A stretch of 47,937 nt of DNA from Circinaria calcarea (Eukaryota). Shown here one piece after another: positions 11,954-26,491 of this stretch. The DNA lies in the NCBI GenBank assembly GCA_051942165.1, contig JAVECS010000011.1, positions 1-47,937 on the forward strand, in the 5' to 3' direction. The first letter of the stretch is position 1, and every line of letters starts with the position of its first letter. The position numbers and the translations under genes were made by a program. The notes beneath the pieces were generated by a model, which worked only from the letters and a program-made list of their open reading frames with translations, was not told the origin of the DNA and searched no databases.

Positions 11954-12229
11954 TATGCGCGAGACCGATGTACGAAGGTGATACAGTATGGCGAAGGCAC
12001 CTAGTGCAAAAAGTCTCAGTTTCCAAGGGGAGCAGGTTGCGTACGGATGTTTGGACAGGCCGTTGTATGATATCGCCGCATCTCTAATTTAGGGGGTTGA
12101 TGTACAATTTTCAGATCGGCTACCATGGAAACCTCGGAGTGGATAGTAGACACCACTGCTTATGCATGATCCCCAGACTCCGCAAATGCCTTGTTAACAG
12201 AGTTCCTCACCCGTCTCCAGCCCATTTCA

Positions 12230-14630
12230 TTACCACCTAACTTCCTCATCGTCGTCATCGTCATTATTGTTCATGGCAGGCACTCTCTGACTCCGCAACC
12301 CTGATCTCGCGGGAGTCCCTGTTGTTCTACCACCGCGTGGCGAATCGCCGTACAGTCGATCATCGTCCTGGAGCCGCTGATCAACCCTTCGGCCCATCTT
12401 TGGCTCGGCCTCATCATCGTCAGCACCATCATTCCAGCTATGCACGCTACATGTTCCTGTGGACATGCCCCAGCCGTTCCATGATGTTGCTGTATTATGT
12501 CAGGCTGATTCAACCGATGCTGGGAAAAATCAACTGCTTACCAGCGATGACAGGCGCACTAGGGTGCCAACTGGCATCTCTAACGCAGGTTTTCCAAGCC
12601 CCTCGACTGTTACGATCATCTATCTCATAAGAAGCGTTATAGAGATTGTGATCCCTTGGCCGTGAGTTCTGCGTTGCCTTGTTCACATCCACCTTGCCAG
12701 CCAGAGTCGCGTCGAGATTGTAGATGTACACACTGCCATCTTCACTCCCCGAGTACACATACCTCGAATTAGTGCTTCCAGGTGGGGAGAAATGACACCT
12801 TATGAGAGTCTTGAGGACCCGATGACCTCTGAATGTAACAAGGGAACAGTCATGCGGATGAGCGGTGTAGTCGCTGTCCGCAAAAGTCATAAAGCGATAA
12901 TCAAAACCCGTGGTAAACCTGCTGGGATCTAATCTAGAGGCCTTTTCTGTTGGCATCATTTTTCTTAGATCCCATAGCTTCATACACTGGTCCTTGCCGT
13001 TACTGAGGACATATCTGCCATCTCCTTTGCTGTCGACATACGTTAAGCCCTCGGTATGGCCCATGAAGACTCCAGCCTCCCGACTGTCGCCCATACTCCG
13101 CCTATCCCAGACCTTAATCAGGGTGTCGTCCGAACCAGAATATAAAATGTGTGGCGATGACTGATCTCCGAAACACACCGCGTTGACATCATCGCTATGT
13201 CCTTGAATTTTCAGTATCGATTGCCGAGACTCAATGTCGTACACGTAGACGGAATGATCCGAGGTGCCAGCGACAATCTCGCGTCCGTCTCCGGAGAAGC
13301 GTATCGACCAGATCTATCGGCACGTAAGCCGGGTCAGCGGCAGGGTAAGGGAATGGTCACATACGCCGAAATGGCTGTACCCGCCGTACGTGCGCCGGGT
13401 GCCCCTGCCCCCCATGTCCGAGAAATCCAAAGAATACGGCTCGGCAGACTCCTCCGAATCTGTTGGAGCAAGACATACGGTACTTCGGATCGAACTGTAA
13501 GCTAAATATCTATTGTCTGGGCTCAAAGACGCATCTGTGATAGTCCACTGCCCATAATTGTAGAGGACCGTTTTGTAGTATTTCCATTCGTATGGGTTAG
13601 ACGTGTCGTACATGCGAACCTTGAAATCCTGCGCACAAGAGAAGAAGAAGTTACCGTCGTCGGAAAACTGACCGGAATAACATCGAGAGTTGTAATGGAT
13701 AATCGTATCCGCATTCGAAGACGGAATGAGGCCCTATTCAGTTCCAGCAGGTCCACTATGATCAGTATGGAGTTCAAGCGGTACCTGAGACATCAGTCTG
13801 TTTTCTGTCTTCGGTTGTGTACCGTCTCTCCCCAGCTCTCTGCTCATCAGTCTCCGAGCCAGTTTTGGCTTCCGCTTCTTAAGTACGTCCTGATAATGTT
13901 CATTGCTTCCGAAGGTACCAGAATCCATGAGCTTCCTCCCTTCTTCACTCGGTACTGGTGGGAGTTTCGATCTGGAAGCTCTCACCCGGCGCCTTCGTCG
14001 ACCTGCCGAGCCTCCATACCCACCCTGAAGGTCATCCTCGTCATCATCCTCATTCTCATCGGCTCCACCGAATTGAAGCCCAGGCAAAGTATGATGTGCA
14101 AATATCCTTCGGAGCCCAGCATGCCCGAGTAGTTGTAGAATCTGATTGCGAGATACTATCAAACCGGGTGAGCCGAAGCTTTCAATAGGTGCTCTAGGAC
14201 TTCACTACCTTGCACTGGGACACCGGAACCCGCAGTTGCTACTATCGGCGTCTGCGTTGTCTCCGTATCGTTCCCTGCCCCGTCGGCCTGCGAATCACTC
14301 TCGCCATCGTCCATGGAAAACTCGATCTCGACACCGCTCAATCCATCGTTCGCATCTACCCATCACAATCATTGATCAGTAACCCAGAGCGGCAAGACCC
14401 CGACTTAAAAGCCTTATGTGAAGCATACCATGAAAGTCATTCTCATCATCTTCTGTAGCTTCGAAATATTCTACTCCCTCATCGTCCTCAGTGGAGGGCT
14501 CAAATTCCATGTCGTCATCGTTTTCCTCGTCTACCCAATCGCCCTCATTATCGTAGATATTCGGTGCATGGCTGGCAGGATCGGGAGACTCGCTACCACG
14601 GTCAGTCAGCTCGGTATTGTTAGAGCTCAT
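12230..14630 (-). CDS. WD40 protein, DCAF11/WDR23/LEC14B-like (putative CUL4-DDB1 substrate receptor)
   Basis: Acidic N-terminus, then RCYSGQFSDDGNFFFSCAQDFKVRMYDT, GHSDDVNAVCF, SGSDDTLIKVWDRR, LSNGKDQCMKLWDLRKM, GHRVLKTLIRCHFSP and VRDASWHP; multiple introns. Confidence 0.9.
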
Positions 14631-15046
14631 CGTAAACGAGTGACGGCCTCTCCAGCGAGTTTGAGATTATTAGGTAGTATGTAAATAGCGGTCAAGTAAG
14701 GCCCCTCCGAGCCTTTGCTGGCTGACGACGGGCAACCTTATCGATAGATCCGAGGTCGATGGCGTTAAGCCTTTAACCCCGAAAGTTTGCACTCTTTAGT
14801 CGCCTGAATTTATACTAATTTGCGAGATGAGGGGGACAGTTCACTTGTGAGAGTCATTTGCATGCTCTGGTAATAGAGAAGATAAGTCTTATTGATTCCT
14901 TTATGATTTATTTGAGCAGATATGGGAGCCTATGTTACATTGTCGATACAAGTGATCTGACCCCGAGCCTCGCATACTGTACATATCCGAATATACAATT
15001 TCTATAGGTCTCAAGATGATTCGGGTGTGAGGTCATTTTATTGGCA

Positions 15047-16309
15047 TTATGCCTCCGTTCCAGCCATCCGGAGTATCATCTCATACCTAGGCAAAGTCAG
15101 TAATGTTCAAACCCGACAAGCCGATCCAACTTACATTCCAAACATGATAGCAGCGCTAGGCACAACCCTCAAGAGGTGTGGAGTCAGTCCGCCATACAAC
15201 GAAGCCATGCCTTCTTCTTGCCAAATGGTTTTGAAGCATTGAACTAGCCCGGTGTACTTTAAGTGTCCATCTTGCAGAGGCGCTTGGCGTAATCGAGTGC
15301 GGACGACTTCGTGTGGGTAAGTAATGACAGCTGCAAACATTTTGGCACTACCGGCCGCCACCACTTTTCCGCCCCAATCCACGGTTCTATCCCATACTGT
15401 AGGGGGTTGCTGAGACGTAAGAAGATTCGCTTTCCTTATCCGGAGGTATTGCTTCATCTGCTCATACAGTACCCACTGTAGGGTACTTTCGGAAACTCCT
15501 AAGTAGCTTGCGCTCAAACCCCGATAGAGACCCTTTATACCTTCGTTGTTTATGGTTTGTCTGAGACAGTCCAGAGAATTCCGGTACTGCCTTACCGATT
15601 GACGCCCAGTCTTTTCTGCATTTGATTTGTCAAGCTGTAGACGTGTCTTGACGAGCCAAATGGGATTAGTAGCTGTACTTGTCACTATGCCTGCTGTAGC
15701 GGCCGCGCAAAGATGTATCCAGGCAGACTCCTCTCCACCGTTGAGTTGTTGGCTTATAAGACGCTTTCCGTTCCCGTAGGTGTAGAAGTTGATAGCTCTA
15801 GCTGGGACGACACCAACAAGGTTTGGTCCAAGGCCTTTGAACAACGCTCGCCAACCTTCAATGCGGTGGATCGAAAAGAGGATTTGGAAAGTTTCACTAA
15901 AGTGCAACAAGGCACTACGAGGAAGCGAGAGTTTTGATGGAGGGGGTATTCCACGCGCAACACGAGAAGCTATGATTTGGGACTGATAGAAGTCTGACTG
16001 AAGTCGGGTCTTGAGGACGTCGAGAGGACAAGTAAGGGTAGCCGACGTCAGCCCACCGGCGCTGGAGAAGATCAGCTTGCGTGCCGAAGTGGATGAACGT
16101 TGGATTCCAACTTACGCCCCTGCAACAAAATGCGCCCATGGCTTTACCACTGGAGCGCCTTGCTTTACTATCGATGAATCATTCTGTCCAGTGGTAGGTG
16201 CAACTCCTCCGCTCTCCCGTGATTGTGGTGAGAAGGTTTTGCTAATCGTACTGGAACTATTATGGTTTTGCGCAAGCGCTGTGCTTTCCGAAGTGGTAGG
16301 GAAGGTCAT
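15047..16309 (-). CDS. RIM2: Mitochondrial carrier, pyrimidine nucleotide transporter Rim2/Mrs12
   Basis: KPWAHFVAG, LFKGLGPNLVGVVPARAINFYTYG, TNPIWLVKTRLQLD and TYPHEVVRTRLRQAP carrier motifs; 3 exons ending YEMILRMAGTEA*. Confidence 0.92.
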
Positions 16310-17411
16310 GAACAACCTGATCGAAGAAGACTAAAGAACAAGGAGTTTGACGTGTAAGTTCATGATATCAATGCATCTGGAGTATGATGATATTCGAATT
16401 CTGTTCTCAACGACTGTGAGTCGACTCTTAGTCCAGTTGGTAATTAGTTGGCCTTTTTTTTTGTGGTCTCAGCCCTATTGATGATTTATGACGATATTTA
16501 TACACACTTCTCTTGGCATATATTTATGTATTGGTGCAGCCCTATCTCTTACTTTGCATGCACATTTTCGGCCGTTTCCAAGCGCTTCTTAAAACAAGGC
16601 TATAAGAGACAACTAGATTTTAGAAACGCTACTTGTGAGTTTGATTTATTTCTACTCCTGTGACTGACCTCTATTGATTCTTACAGGCGAACGTTTCCTT
16701 GCTATGCAAAATCTTCATGTGTGCAAACCGTCTTCATTTATAATTGCAGCTTAATTAAGTCAGAAGAGACGCTCCTTAGTCCAAACAGTGCAGGTCGGAA
16801 GCATAAGTAAGGATTGCACTGGTGGGATGAGGCCGGCATTGTCATCAGGATCGACTGTCCCTCCCAATAGCTTCATAAATCTCATCCCAATCGATTTTTT
16901 TGAAGGGACAAAACGTTCTTCCTTAAGCCTTATAGATAGCAGCTTCACCAAAGGAGGCATACACTATCAAGACATGTGCACGATTTATCTGGCAACCCGT
17001 ATATGAGTTGACGGCTTAGCATGTTCCGGCATTGTTGGCGTACTAGCTGCCATACGTTGCCAACAAAAGATCCACTTTCTAATGGTTCTTGTTCCTTACA
17101 TCTACTTGTTGTGAAATAGCTCAAGGCACCTGGAAGAACATTACGACCCTGCAAATTGTCTTTGGCGAATTGCTACCTGTCAACAACCCTTCTACTTGTC
17201 ACTGATCCGACTTTACATGGTTATCAAGTACCGTAGAAGTTGACCATGGATCTTGTTGGCAATGGCTAGTATTCAGATTGTTGAAGGCATTGGAGAGCGT
17301 AGCGTCATTTGTGCTAAGGACGTTGATGGAAGTAGCAATGAACTTGCTTTATTGCCCTGAGCACACCCCTGGCTAGCTAAAACGCGAAGAAATCACCTTC
17401 GTAGAAGCAGT

Positions 17412-18093
17412 CTAGATAGTGGTCTCGTAAGGAACTGGCACGATCGTCTCCGGTTTGTTGCTCTTTGCATCGACTGTCCTAGCCTCCCTTGGCATCGCCG
17501 GTTGCCTCTTCAAGTGCATGTGTGTACCATCTGATTTCGCCTTTTGCTTCTTGGCAGCATTCTCCTTAACACGACGGATGAAATCGTCTCTTGACCTCGA
17601 TAATGAGACGTGCTCAACTCGAACGTTCACACGCTTTTCGATGTACCGGTTGCCCACTTTTTTGTAGATGATGACCCCGACGGCGCTCTTGGTGACATTG
17701 TAGACGACTCCAGTTTTTCCGTGATAGACTTTGTGTGGCATACTGAAAGATGTCAGACTCCCTCTCATCCTTATTACCATACGTATTCCCCGTCCAATCC
17801 GCGCTTCTTTTAAGTCGAAGAGATTTAGATTGACTGACCCCTTTTGCACAGCACCGTTTGCTTTGATATCCACGATGTCGCCGACTCTGTTATATTCCAT
17901 CAGCATATAGTCTCCCTCGCTTATAGTCGTTCGACGTACTTGTATTGTCTTAAGTAGGTTGAGAGGGGGATCATGCCCCTCTTCCTGAATGGGCGTGAGA
18001 AGGCATACTGCACCGCGGTTAGTCAGCTTTCACGCCAAACAGATTCCGCTTTCATACCCGAGTGCCAGCGCGAAGACCGGCTGAGTGACCCAT
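17412..18093 (-). CDS. RPL21: 60S ribosomal protein L21 (eL21)
   Basis: [62 protein letters not shown]...PVPYETTI across 4 exons. Confidence 0.97.
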
Positions 18094-18263
18094 GGCGGAG
18101 AATGTTAATGGATTCTTGTCGAATGGTTTACTTTCGATATCTCGAAATTTAGAATTGTGGTGATTTCGTAGTGGGAGGCTCGCTTAACCCAGACTAGCGC
18201 CGGCACAGGAAGATCCATCCATAGCTTTTCGAGTTTATCCAGACGACTCTTCCAACAACAATT
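18094..18263. promoter_or_regulatory. Compact bidirectional promoter shared by RPL21 and RPS9
   Basis: Only 170 bp separate the two divergent start codons. Confidence 0.75.
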
Positions 18264-19082
18264 ATGGCACCTAGATCGTACTCCAAGACCTACAAGGTCC
18301 CCCGACGTCGTAAGTAGATGTAGATGCAATCCCTCTCTAAAGTGGTTCATCTAACATATCTTACAGCCTTCGAGTCAGCTCGTCTGTTAGTATCTCCCGG
18401 CCACTGTACAAGAGCTTGTCTCTGTTCATGTCGCTGAGTACCTACTAACTCCCATCTCAGGGATGGTGAACTCAAGACTGTCGGCGAATATGGTCTTCGT
18501 AACAAGCGTGAAGTGTGGCGCGTTATGCTCACTCTCTCCAAAATCCGTCGTGCTGCTCGGTTAGGCGTTGGCAGTGAATTCCAAACGGTCCTGCTCTAAC
18601 AGTTGGTTTTTAGTCAACTTCTTACCCTCGATGAAAAGGATCCCAAGCGTCTTTTCGAAGGTAACGCCCTTATTCGCCGCCTTGTCCGTGTCGGCGTGCT
18701 CGACGAATCCCGCATGAAGCTCGATTACGTGTTGGCATTGAAGGTTGAGGATTTCTTGGAGCGCAGACTACAGACCTGTGTCTACAAATTGGGCTTGGCA
18801 AAGAGTATCCACCATGCTCGTGTCCTAATCAGGCAGAGACATATCCGGTACGTCGCAAGGTGGAGAATAGTACGAGTACCTATGGGCTTACAATGTGGCT
18901 ATAGTGTTGGAAAACAAATTGTCAATGTTCCATCTTTCGTTGTCCGTCTCGACTCCCAGAAGCACATTGACTTCGCCCTTACGTCACCATTTGGGGGTGG
19001 GCGTCCTGGTCGTGTGAGGAGAAAGAAGGCCAAGGCTGCAGAGAAGAAGGACGACGAGGGTGGGGACGAGGAGGAAGAGTAG
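18264..19082 (+). CDS. RPS9: 40S ribosomal protein S9 (uS4)
   Basis: [42 protein letters not shown]...[15 protein letters not shown]...[14 protein letters not shown]; 5 exons. Confidence 0.98.
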
Positions 19083-19327
19083 TCGGGGCAAAATGCATTC
19101 TTTCGATATGGAGAATGTTCCAGCGCTGTAGCTACTAGACACTATGTGTAGGCGACGTACTTGATGCGTGATAGCTACAATCCATTTCGAACGTCCTATG
19201 CAAGCATTATTGCTAAGCGCTAACATATAATGATATTCCCGTTGATGGTATCATGTACACCAGAGCCTCAGCCAAGGCTATGCAAACCGCAACTCCAGCG
19301 CAATGCAACCAGGATCAGCCATGTCTG

Positions 19328-20848
19328 TCAATGAACCAGCTCATCTTTCCCCAGAAAGTTCGCCATGGGATCCTCCGCTACCGTCCTTGACCTCTTGTAG
19401 GCCTCTAGCTCTTCTTCGCTGATTCCACCCTTCATCTCCGTCAGCGTCCTTTTCTTTGCAACACCCTCACACTCTTTACCTTCTCGATCCAACTCCCCTT
19501 CGAAAGTTACGTCGTTGTCAGGATTGGGAGACTTGGACTGATTACCCTTCCATTCAATCGCCTGGATTGGAGCCAATTCTTTGAGTTCACCCCCTGTCCG
19601 TATCCTGTCGGCTTCCTCGAATGCTCTCTTGCCTTCCTCCCCGGTACAGTAGCTATTCTTGACCGTTGAGTGACAACACGCGTATCCCCAACGGAAATCC
19701 TTCCACCAGCTACCCCATACCGACGTGTGATTGTTGACGAGTACATCTTCTGGGTATTTTGATTTAGCAATAGTCTTTGGCGCACCCTTGATTGCTCCTG
19801 ATTCATCATATTCCACGTATCGCTCGTTCTCGGTGACAGCAGCGTCGCGTAAAGGAGCAGGTTGTAGATGTTGTTCCCCTCCATATTTATCCAGCAGCAT
19901 CTTTCGATGAGCTTCCCGCTTCGCCTCGGCTTCCTCCTTCTCCTTTCTTCGGAAATACTCCCCAGATGTTGGATTGGCTTGTATATGGGTTTTATTCTTG
20001 TCGCCCCGTTCTTGGGACTCCCATGCGTATTTCTGCGCCTTTTCAAACTCTGCTGCATCCCCAGACGCCCGCATAAAGTTATCCTCCGCCACCAATGCCG
20101 CTGCTTGATCTGCCTGGGCGCCCATGTCGACCATTGATCTGGTCTTGGGATCGTACTTGGCCGAATCTAGGTCTAGATTCAGGAGGTACTTGGCCGTATC
20201 TTCTCTTAGTCGTAAATTTCGTGTAGCTGTACTTTGCTGTCGACCCATGTCCGACTCCTCAGCATATTTTGCTTCTTCCTCTTCCGCATCCTGTACCTCT
20301 TCCCCGTCCTCCGTTAGCAACTTTTGCCCCATCCCCTCACCTCCTTTCGCCTTCTTTTTAAGGTCCTCTAACTCCTCGTACTCCTGGACTACCGCTCTGT
20401 ACTCCGTAGCATCGTACCCATTCCACCGGTCCCTCTTCGCATCCCAACCGAGGTCCACATCCTGCACCACCTCATCGGCTTGAATATCTCGCCCTGTCCA
20501 CCTTGCACCCTTCGCTCGAGGCCGGCTCAGGCATTCTTTGGTCTTGTGGGTCATAGCACCGCAATTTTCACATGCGCCTTTCCGGAACTTTGTTGCTGCA
20601 GGCCCCAAACGCTTTCCGCGGTCGTACCATTTCGATTGATCTGTCGCTGCTTTCTGGAGACGCTGATGTTCGAGATAATCACTGGTAGTATCATCTCCTT
20701 GAAGATAGAAGGGCTGTTTGGAGATGCTAAAGGTACCAAAAGTTAGTTACCGGAATAGGGTGATCAACACAGCCAAGGAAGCAACTCACAACTGAGGGAT
20801 GTATTCATTAGGTGTTTTGGAGGTCACGTCGGCGGGCTTACGGGACAT
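19328..20848 (-). CDS. SLU7: Pre-mRNA splicing factor Slu7
   Basis: NEYIPQFISKQPFY (one intron at ~20728-20789); zinc knuckle [50 protein letters not shown]. Confidence 0.96.
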
Positions 20849-21176
20849 GATGGGCAAGATTTAATAGGTTTGTGACAGGTTTCAATAGAAATGATAGCGA
20901 GTGCACGTAGAGGTAGGTACTTTATATAAAGGGCGAGGTTCAATCATCTACGATAATGAGGCACACGTGACTTGGCGCTAAGATAACGTAGGCGATTGTC
21001 TGCGGAGTACTTCGTATGAGGCACAAGGAGGGGTCTTGGGAGATGTCCTCGACCAACACACTCATTTGACGTATGGAATTTGCTTCTTGCTTCTGTGCCA
21101 GCTACATCCCAAGTTTGTAGCTCATCATGATCCCCGTCTCACTTAGCTCTGTGGGCTTCCTGCATTCATTGCTCCT

Positions 21177-24100
21177 ATGGAACTCTTCCGTGTCCGACTG
21201 AACTGCGTCGACCACTACCAAGCTACACTTACCCAATTCGATCCACAGCTACAGAAAGCGAATGGGCAGCCTCAACAGCTGGTCGCGCCGAAGGTACCCG
21301 TCATCAGGGTCTTCGGCGCGACTGAGACGGGACAAAAGGTTTGCGCCCACGTTCATGGCGCATTTCCATACCTGTACATCGAGTATTACGGAAGCCTGAT
21401 ACCAGACGAAGGTTACTGGCACATCCGCCTTTCCAGACTGCGGCTACTGACTCCTGTTTAGTAAACGCTTATATCCATCGCCTCCACCTCTCAATTGACC
21501 ATGCGCTGACCATTAGCTACCGTCGAAATGTCTACGACGGAAAAACTGCCTTCGTTGCACACATCACACTCGTTAAGGGAATACCGTTTTACGGATACAA
21601 CGTTGGCTACAAGTTTTTTCTCAAGGTTTACCTGCTGAACCCGTTACATACGACACGACTAGCGGATCTACTACGGCAGGGAACGGTGATGCAGATGGCC
21701 ATTCAACCCTATGAAAGCCACTTACAATATCTTTTGCAGTGGATGTGTGATTACAATCTATATGGGTGCGCCTACATCAACTGTGCCTCGGTCAAGTTTC
21801 GAAGTCCTGTTCCAGATTTTCTGGAATTAAATAGTGCTGTTCATCAGTGGCATGATCGGACAATCACTCCTGGCATGATATCGGACGAAGGCAAGCTGCC
21901 ACGCCAGAGTCATTGCTCAATTGAGGTCGATGTATGCGTTCAGGATATCACGAATCGCCTCGACATTCAAGAGCGGCAGTTGCATCAAGACTTCATCGAG
22001 CGGACCAACCCGCTGGCACCGGACCAGAAACTAGTGCATAGTATGGCTGGGTTATGGCGAGATGAAACAAGACGGAGGAAGGCCAGGATGGGCGACTCAG
22101 ACCCTGACAGCAGTCCTTTCCCTCCAGAAGTTTTAATCACTGTTTCCGCTGATCCTCGGAATTCGCAACCTGGAGGCTGGATTCATGAAGAAGAGTACGC
22201 GGAGAAGATCGCCGCAATAGTGGACGATGAGAAGGCTAAGAGTGATGGGCATGAAATTAGCTTCGACAACTTTGTGAAGAAATGTCCATTCGAGAGCCAG
22301 GTGAAGACAACGTTGGAAAGTGTCGAGGATTTATTTCCTATCAATCTTCCCCGATTTGCGACATCGCCAAAGGGGCCTCAAGCTGATGGAGTCCCTGTTA
22401 ATGGCCTTGAACACGAAGAAGTCGACGTTGACGAGAACCGTATTCTGAACATTGAAACCGATGGCTTCCAGTATGATTCTGACGAAGAGATTGCGCGGGA
22501 CTTTGAAATTTCACAGCATAGAGCAGGTGATCGTGTAGAAGGTCAGCATCTTTATGGTGATTTCAAGGCGGGCGTTTATGGTGATGAGGCTAGGCAAGAC
22601 GGCAACGAGTACACTGTGCAGTCCAAGGATCCTCTCGACCCAAATAGAGTGACGGTACATACAGGTCTCAATAGCTCGTCGGAGCTAGAAGCGTCAGGAA
22701 TTAGGAACGCTGGAGACTATTCTCATATTGAAGAGGATGCTTTCAATATTCCGTCAGGATATACGAGTGATATCAGCCCTGTTATCGCTCAACATGAGCG
22801 AGCGACTGCACTCATGTCAGAGGCAGAACATCCAAACAAACGCCAGAAAGTCATCCATGACTCAAATTTGTCAGAGACTGGTGGGTTAGATCCTCGTTGG
22901 TCAGAAAATAATCCAGGTACAATTGGATTTGATCACAATAGAAATCCGAGTAATACAAAGGCAGATTCGATTGGCAGCAATCGCCCATCTACATCATTTG
23001 ATTTGCTTAACATTGACAGCGAGAGCGAGAAACCGAGGAGCCAGGTGAACGTGTTCAAGCGTACCTTACAAGGAACACCAAGAGCGAATATAAACAGCGG
23101 CAATAGCGTTCTTTCCTACCCCGTTATCAAAGATCCTCAGAATCTACATACCATCGAGCAACACAGTCAGCAAAGCAGCTCCCCTATAAAGAGCTTCCCT
23201 GCAGCGGGATGCTCACCTGCAAAGAGCTCACCTACGAAGAGCTCTCAAAGGTCGAAAGGCAAACATGTCTCTTTTGACACCTCACTAGGACTTGAGTCCA
23301 ATCCCTCAAGTGGTCCAAAAACTCCCTTGTTTCGCTTCAGTCTTGAGTCATCTGTGGTCTCCTCTCAGACCGTCAAAAGTTTCACTCGTCTTCACTATGC
23401 ATTTAGGATTCCCCTATCTAGCCGGATTCTTTGCTTTGCAATCGAACCTCCAACAGCGTTGGAGATCCCAATGATGATGCGAGAGGCGAGGATTCCTACT
23501 GTGCTCTACCAGGATGCTTACTACAGTGATGAGCGTGATGTTCCTGAGCGAGCCCGTGAGTACGCTGGTAAAGACTACAAGCTAGAAAGTAACACCGTGC
23601 CATACCTCCCTGAGTTTGACCCTACCGGGTCTTCCCTTGCTGCAGTTGGAGTTAAGCCGGCCATAGTGGTAGACAAAACGGCAGAACAAAAATTGTTTCA
23701 GAGACAGCGGAGAATTTGCAGTCTTCGTACGTGGGAGGTCGATCGACTTCCTCCCACAAGATCGGAATTGCAGGGATGGCTTGATGGTGAGGACTCAAAG
23801 GATGGGCCTGGCGGCAAATCAACTCTCTACCTAAAACAGTTAGGTGCTAAAGGCAGTCTTTCTCAGATTGACGGGCCTACACAGAGAAATCGACATGGAT
23901 ATAAGTACTCACAGAAGCAGCAATCTACGAGTGTCCAGCACGAGACACAATACATGAGCTTGATGAGCCTTGAGATTCACGTCAATACTAGAGGTGGTCT
24001 AGTACCTAATCCTGAACAAGATGAGATTACTTGCATATTCTGGTGTTTCCAGTCTGACGACGAGACTCTCGAAGTCAACGGTGTCAATGAGGGAACCCAT

Positions 24101-26491
24101 GTTGGGATACTGGTGCTCTCTGAAACTGGAGGGTTGGCAAGGAAGATCTCGCAACAAACGACTGTCGAAGTCGAGGAAGAGTCTAGTGAACTTGATCTCA
24201 TAAATCGAATGGTCGACATTGTCCGAAATTACGATCCTGATGTCTTAACAGGCTTTGAGGTGCATGACGGGTCCTGGGGTTTCATGATTGAACGTGCCCG
24301 GTCCAAGTTTGACTATAACCTGTGCGATGAATTCTCGCGCATGAAGAGCCAGTCTCATGGTCGGTTTGGTAAGAAGAACGATCTCTGGGGCTTCAATCAT
24401 ACATCAACCATTCGTGTTACTGGAAGACATATGATCAATATCTGGCGGGCGATGCGAGGAGAGCTCAATCTCTTGCAGTACACAATGGAGAACATAGTTT
24501 TCCACCTGCTACATCGAAGAATACCACACTTCCCATTCCAGGATCTTACCAAGTGGTACAACAGCTCAAGACCAAGAGACCTAGCTAAGGTCATAGATTA
24601 TTATACTTCTCGTGTGCAGCTCGATCTTCAGATCTTAGAGCAGAATGAGTTGATTTCCAGAACAAGCGAGCAAGCACGTTTACTAGGGGTTGACTTCTTC
24701 TCTGTCTTCTCAAGAGGCTCCCAGTTCAAAGTAGAGTCCTTGATGTTCCGTATTGCGAAGCCAGAAAATTTTGTCCTTATATCGCCGAGCAGGAAACAGG
24801 TCGGTCAACAAAACGCACTTGAATGCTTGCCGTTGGTAATGGAGCCGCAGAGCGCGTTTTTCACCAGTCCATTGCTTGTCCTGGATTTCCAGTCACTGTA
24901 TCCAAGCGTAATGATTGCCTACAATTATTGTTATTCCACCTTTCTTGGTCGAGTAGTGAACTGGCGTGGTCAGAACAAAATGGGGTTTACCGACTTTAAG
25001 AGGGAAGAGAGGCTGCTTGAGCTCTTCAAGGATAAGATTAATATTGCTCCCAATGGGATCATGTATGTCAAACCAGAGATCCGGAAGTCCTTACTTGCAA
25101 AGATGTTGGGCGAGATCCTTGAAACTCGTGTAATGGTCAAGAGCGGTATGAAAGTGGACCGAGATGACAAGATGCTCCAGCGTCTTCTCAACAACAGGCA
25201 ACTAGCCCTCAAGCTTATAGCGAACGTCACTTACGGATATACTTCGGCATCGTTTTCAGGACGTATGCCTTGTTCCGAAATCGCGGATAGTATCGTGCAG
25301 ACCGGGCGTGAAACGCTAGAGAGAGCAATAGCCTTGATCCATTCGGTGGAGAGATGGGGTGCTGAAGTGGTTTATGGAGATACAGATAGTCTTTTTGTTT
25401 ACCTAAAGGGGCGTTCCAAAGACGAAGCCTTCGATATCGGCCAGGAAATTGCAAAGACGATTACGGACACGAACCCGAGACCAGTGAAGCTCAAATTTGA
25501 AAAAGTATACCTTCCTTGCGTTCTCCTGGCGAAGAAGAGGTACGTGGGCTTCAAGTACGAAACCAAGGTCCAAGAAGAACCAGACTTTGATGCTAAGGGT
25601 ATCGAAACCGTCCGCCGAGATGGCACCCCTGCAGAGCAAAAGATCGAAGAGAAGGCGTTGAAGATACTCTTCCGGACCGCAGACCTAAGTCAGGTGAAAG
25701 ACTACTTCCAGCGGCAATGCGCCAAGATCATGAAAGGCAAGGTATCCATCCAGGACTTCTGCTTCGCCAGGGAAGTGAAGCTAGGCACTTATAGTGACAA
25801 AGGTCCGCCTCCACCGGGGGCACTCATCAGTACTAGAAGAATGCTAGAGGACCTAAGAGCGGAACCTCAGTACGGCGAACGTGTGCCCTACGTTGTAATC
25901 ACTGGCGCGCCAGGGGCTCGGCTGATTGACCGGTGTGTTGCTCCGGACGTACTTTTAAATAATTACCACAACGAGCTTGACGCAGAATATTATATCTCGA
26001 AGAATCTCATCCCCCCACTTGAGAGGATTTTCAATCTTGTTGGTGCAAATGTCCGCCAGTGGTACGAAGAGATGCCAAAGTTTCAGCGCATTCGCCGTGT
26101 TGAGGCTGGTAGTCTTCCAAATAACAAGGATTTACTTATCTCGAAGAAGACCCTCGAGTCTTATATGAAGTCGTCTGCCTGCCTTGTGTGCCGCGAGAAG
26201 CTGGAGGCCGAAGTGCCGATCTGCAATGATTGCATAGCTCATCCAGAGACGTCGCTCTTGACACTGCGCCAACGGCTTAATGTAGCCGAAAAGAAGGGCG
26301 TAAGTCTGGAGAAGGTCTGCAGATCTTGCGCCGCTCTACCATGGGGAGAGGAAGTCAGGTGCGATAGCAAGGACTGCCCCGTCTTCTATACACGGACAAG
26401 ACATATGGCTGGCCTGGGAATCACAACGGCGATGGCAGGGCCAGTCATGCTAATGCTGGAGGAAGGACAGGAGGGGTCTGTGGATTGGTAG
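21177..26491 (+). CDS. REV3: DNA polymerase zeta catalytic subunit
   Basis: N-terminus KVPVIRVFGATETGQKVCAHVHGAFPY; intron 21412-21461; family-B motifs VLDFQSLYPSVM, KLIANVTYGY and YGDTDS; C-terminal CysA/CysB clusters. Confidence 0.97.

Noticed and set aside
16384..16500. ATGATGA/TTGATGA box-C-like motifs
   Set aside because: No suitably placed CTGA box D, terminal stem or recognisable rRNA guide; they sit in the RIM2 promoter.
16700..17300. Short minus-strand ORFs between RIM2 and RPL21
   Set aside because: They could not be joined into a consistent spliced CDS and show no recognisable motif; possibly UTR or a very old relic.
3757..18185. Shared 8-mer GCTCGCTT in the RPS4 and RPL21/RPS9 promoters
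   Set aside because: About one shared 8-mer is expected by chance between two ~170-bp regions on both strands.
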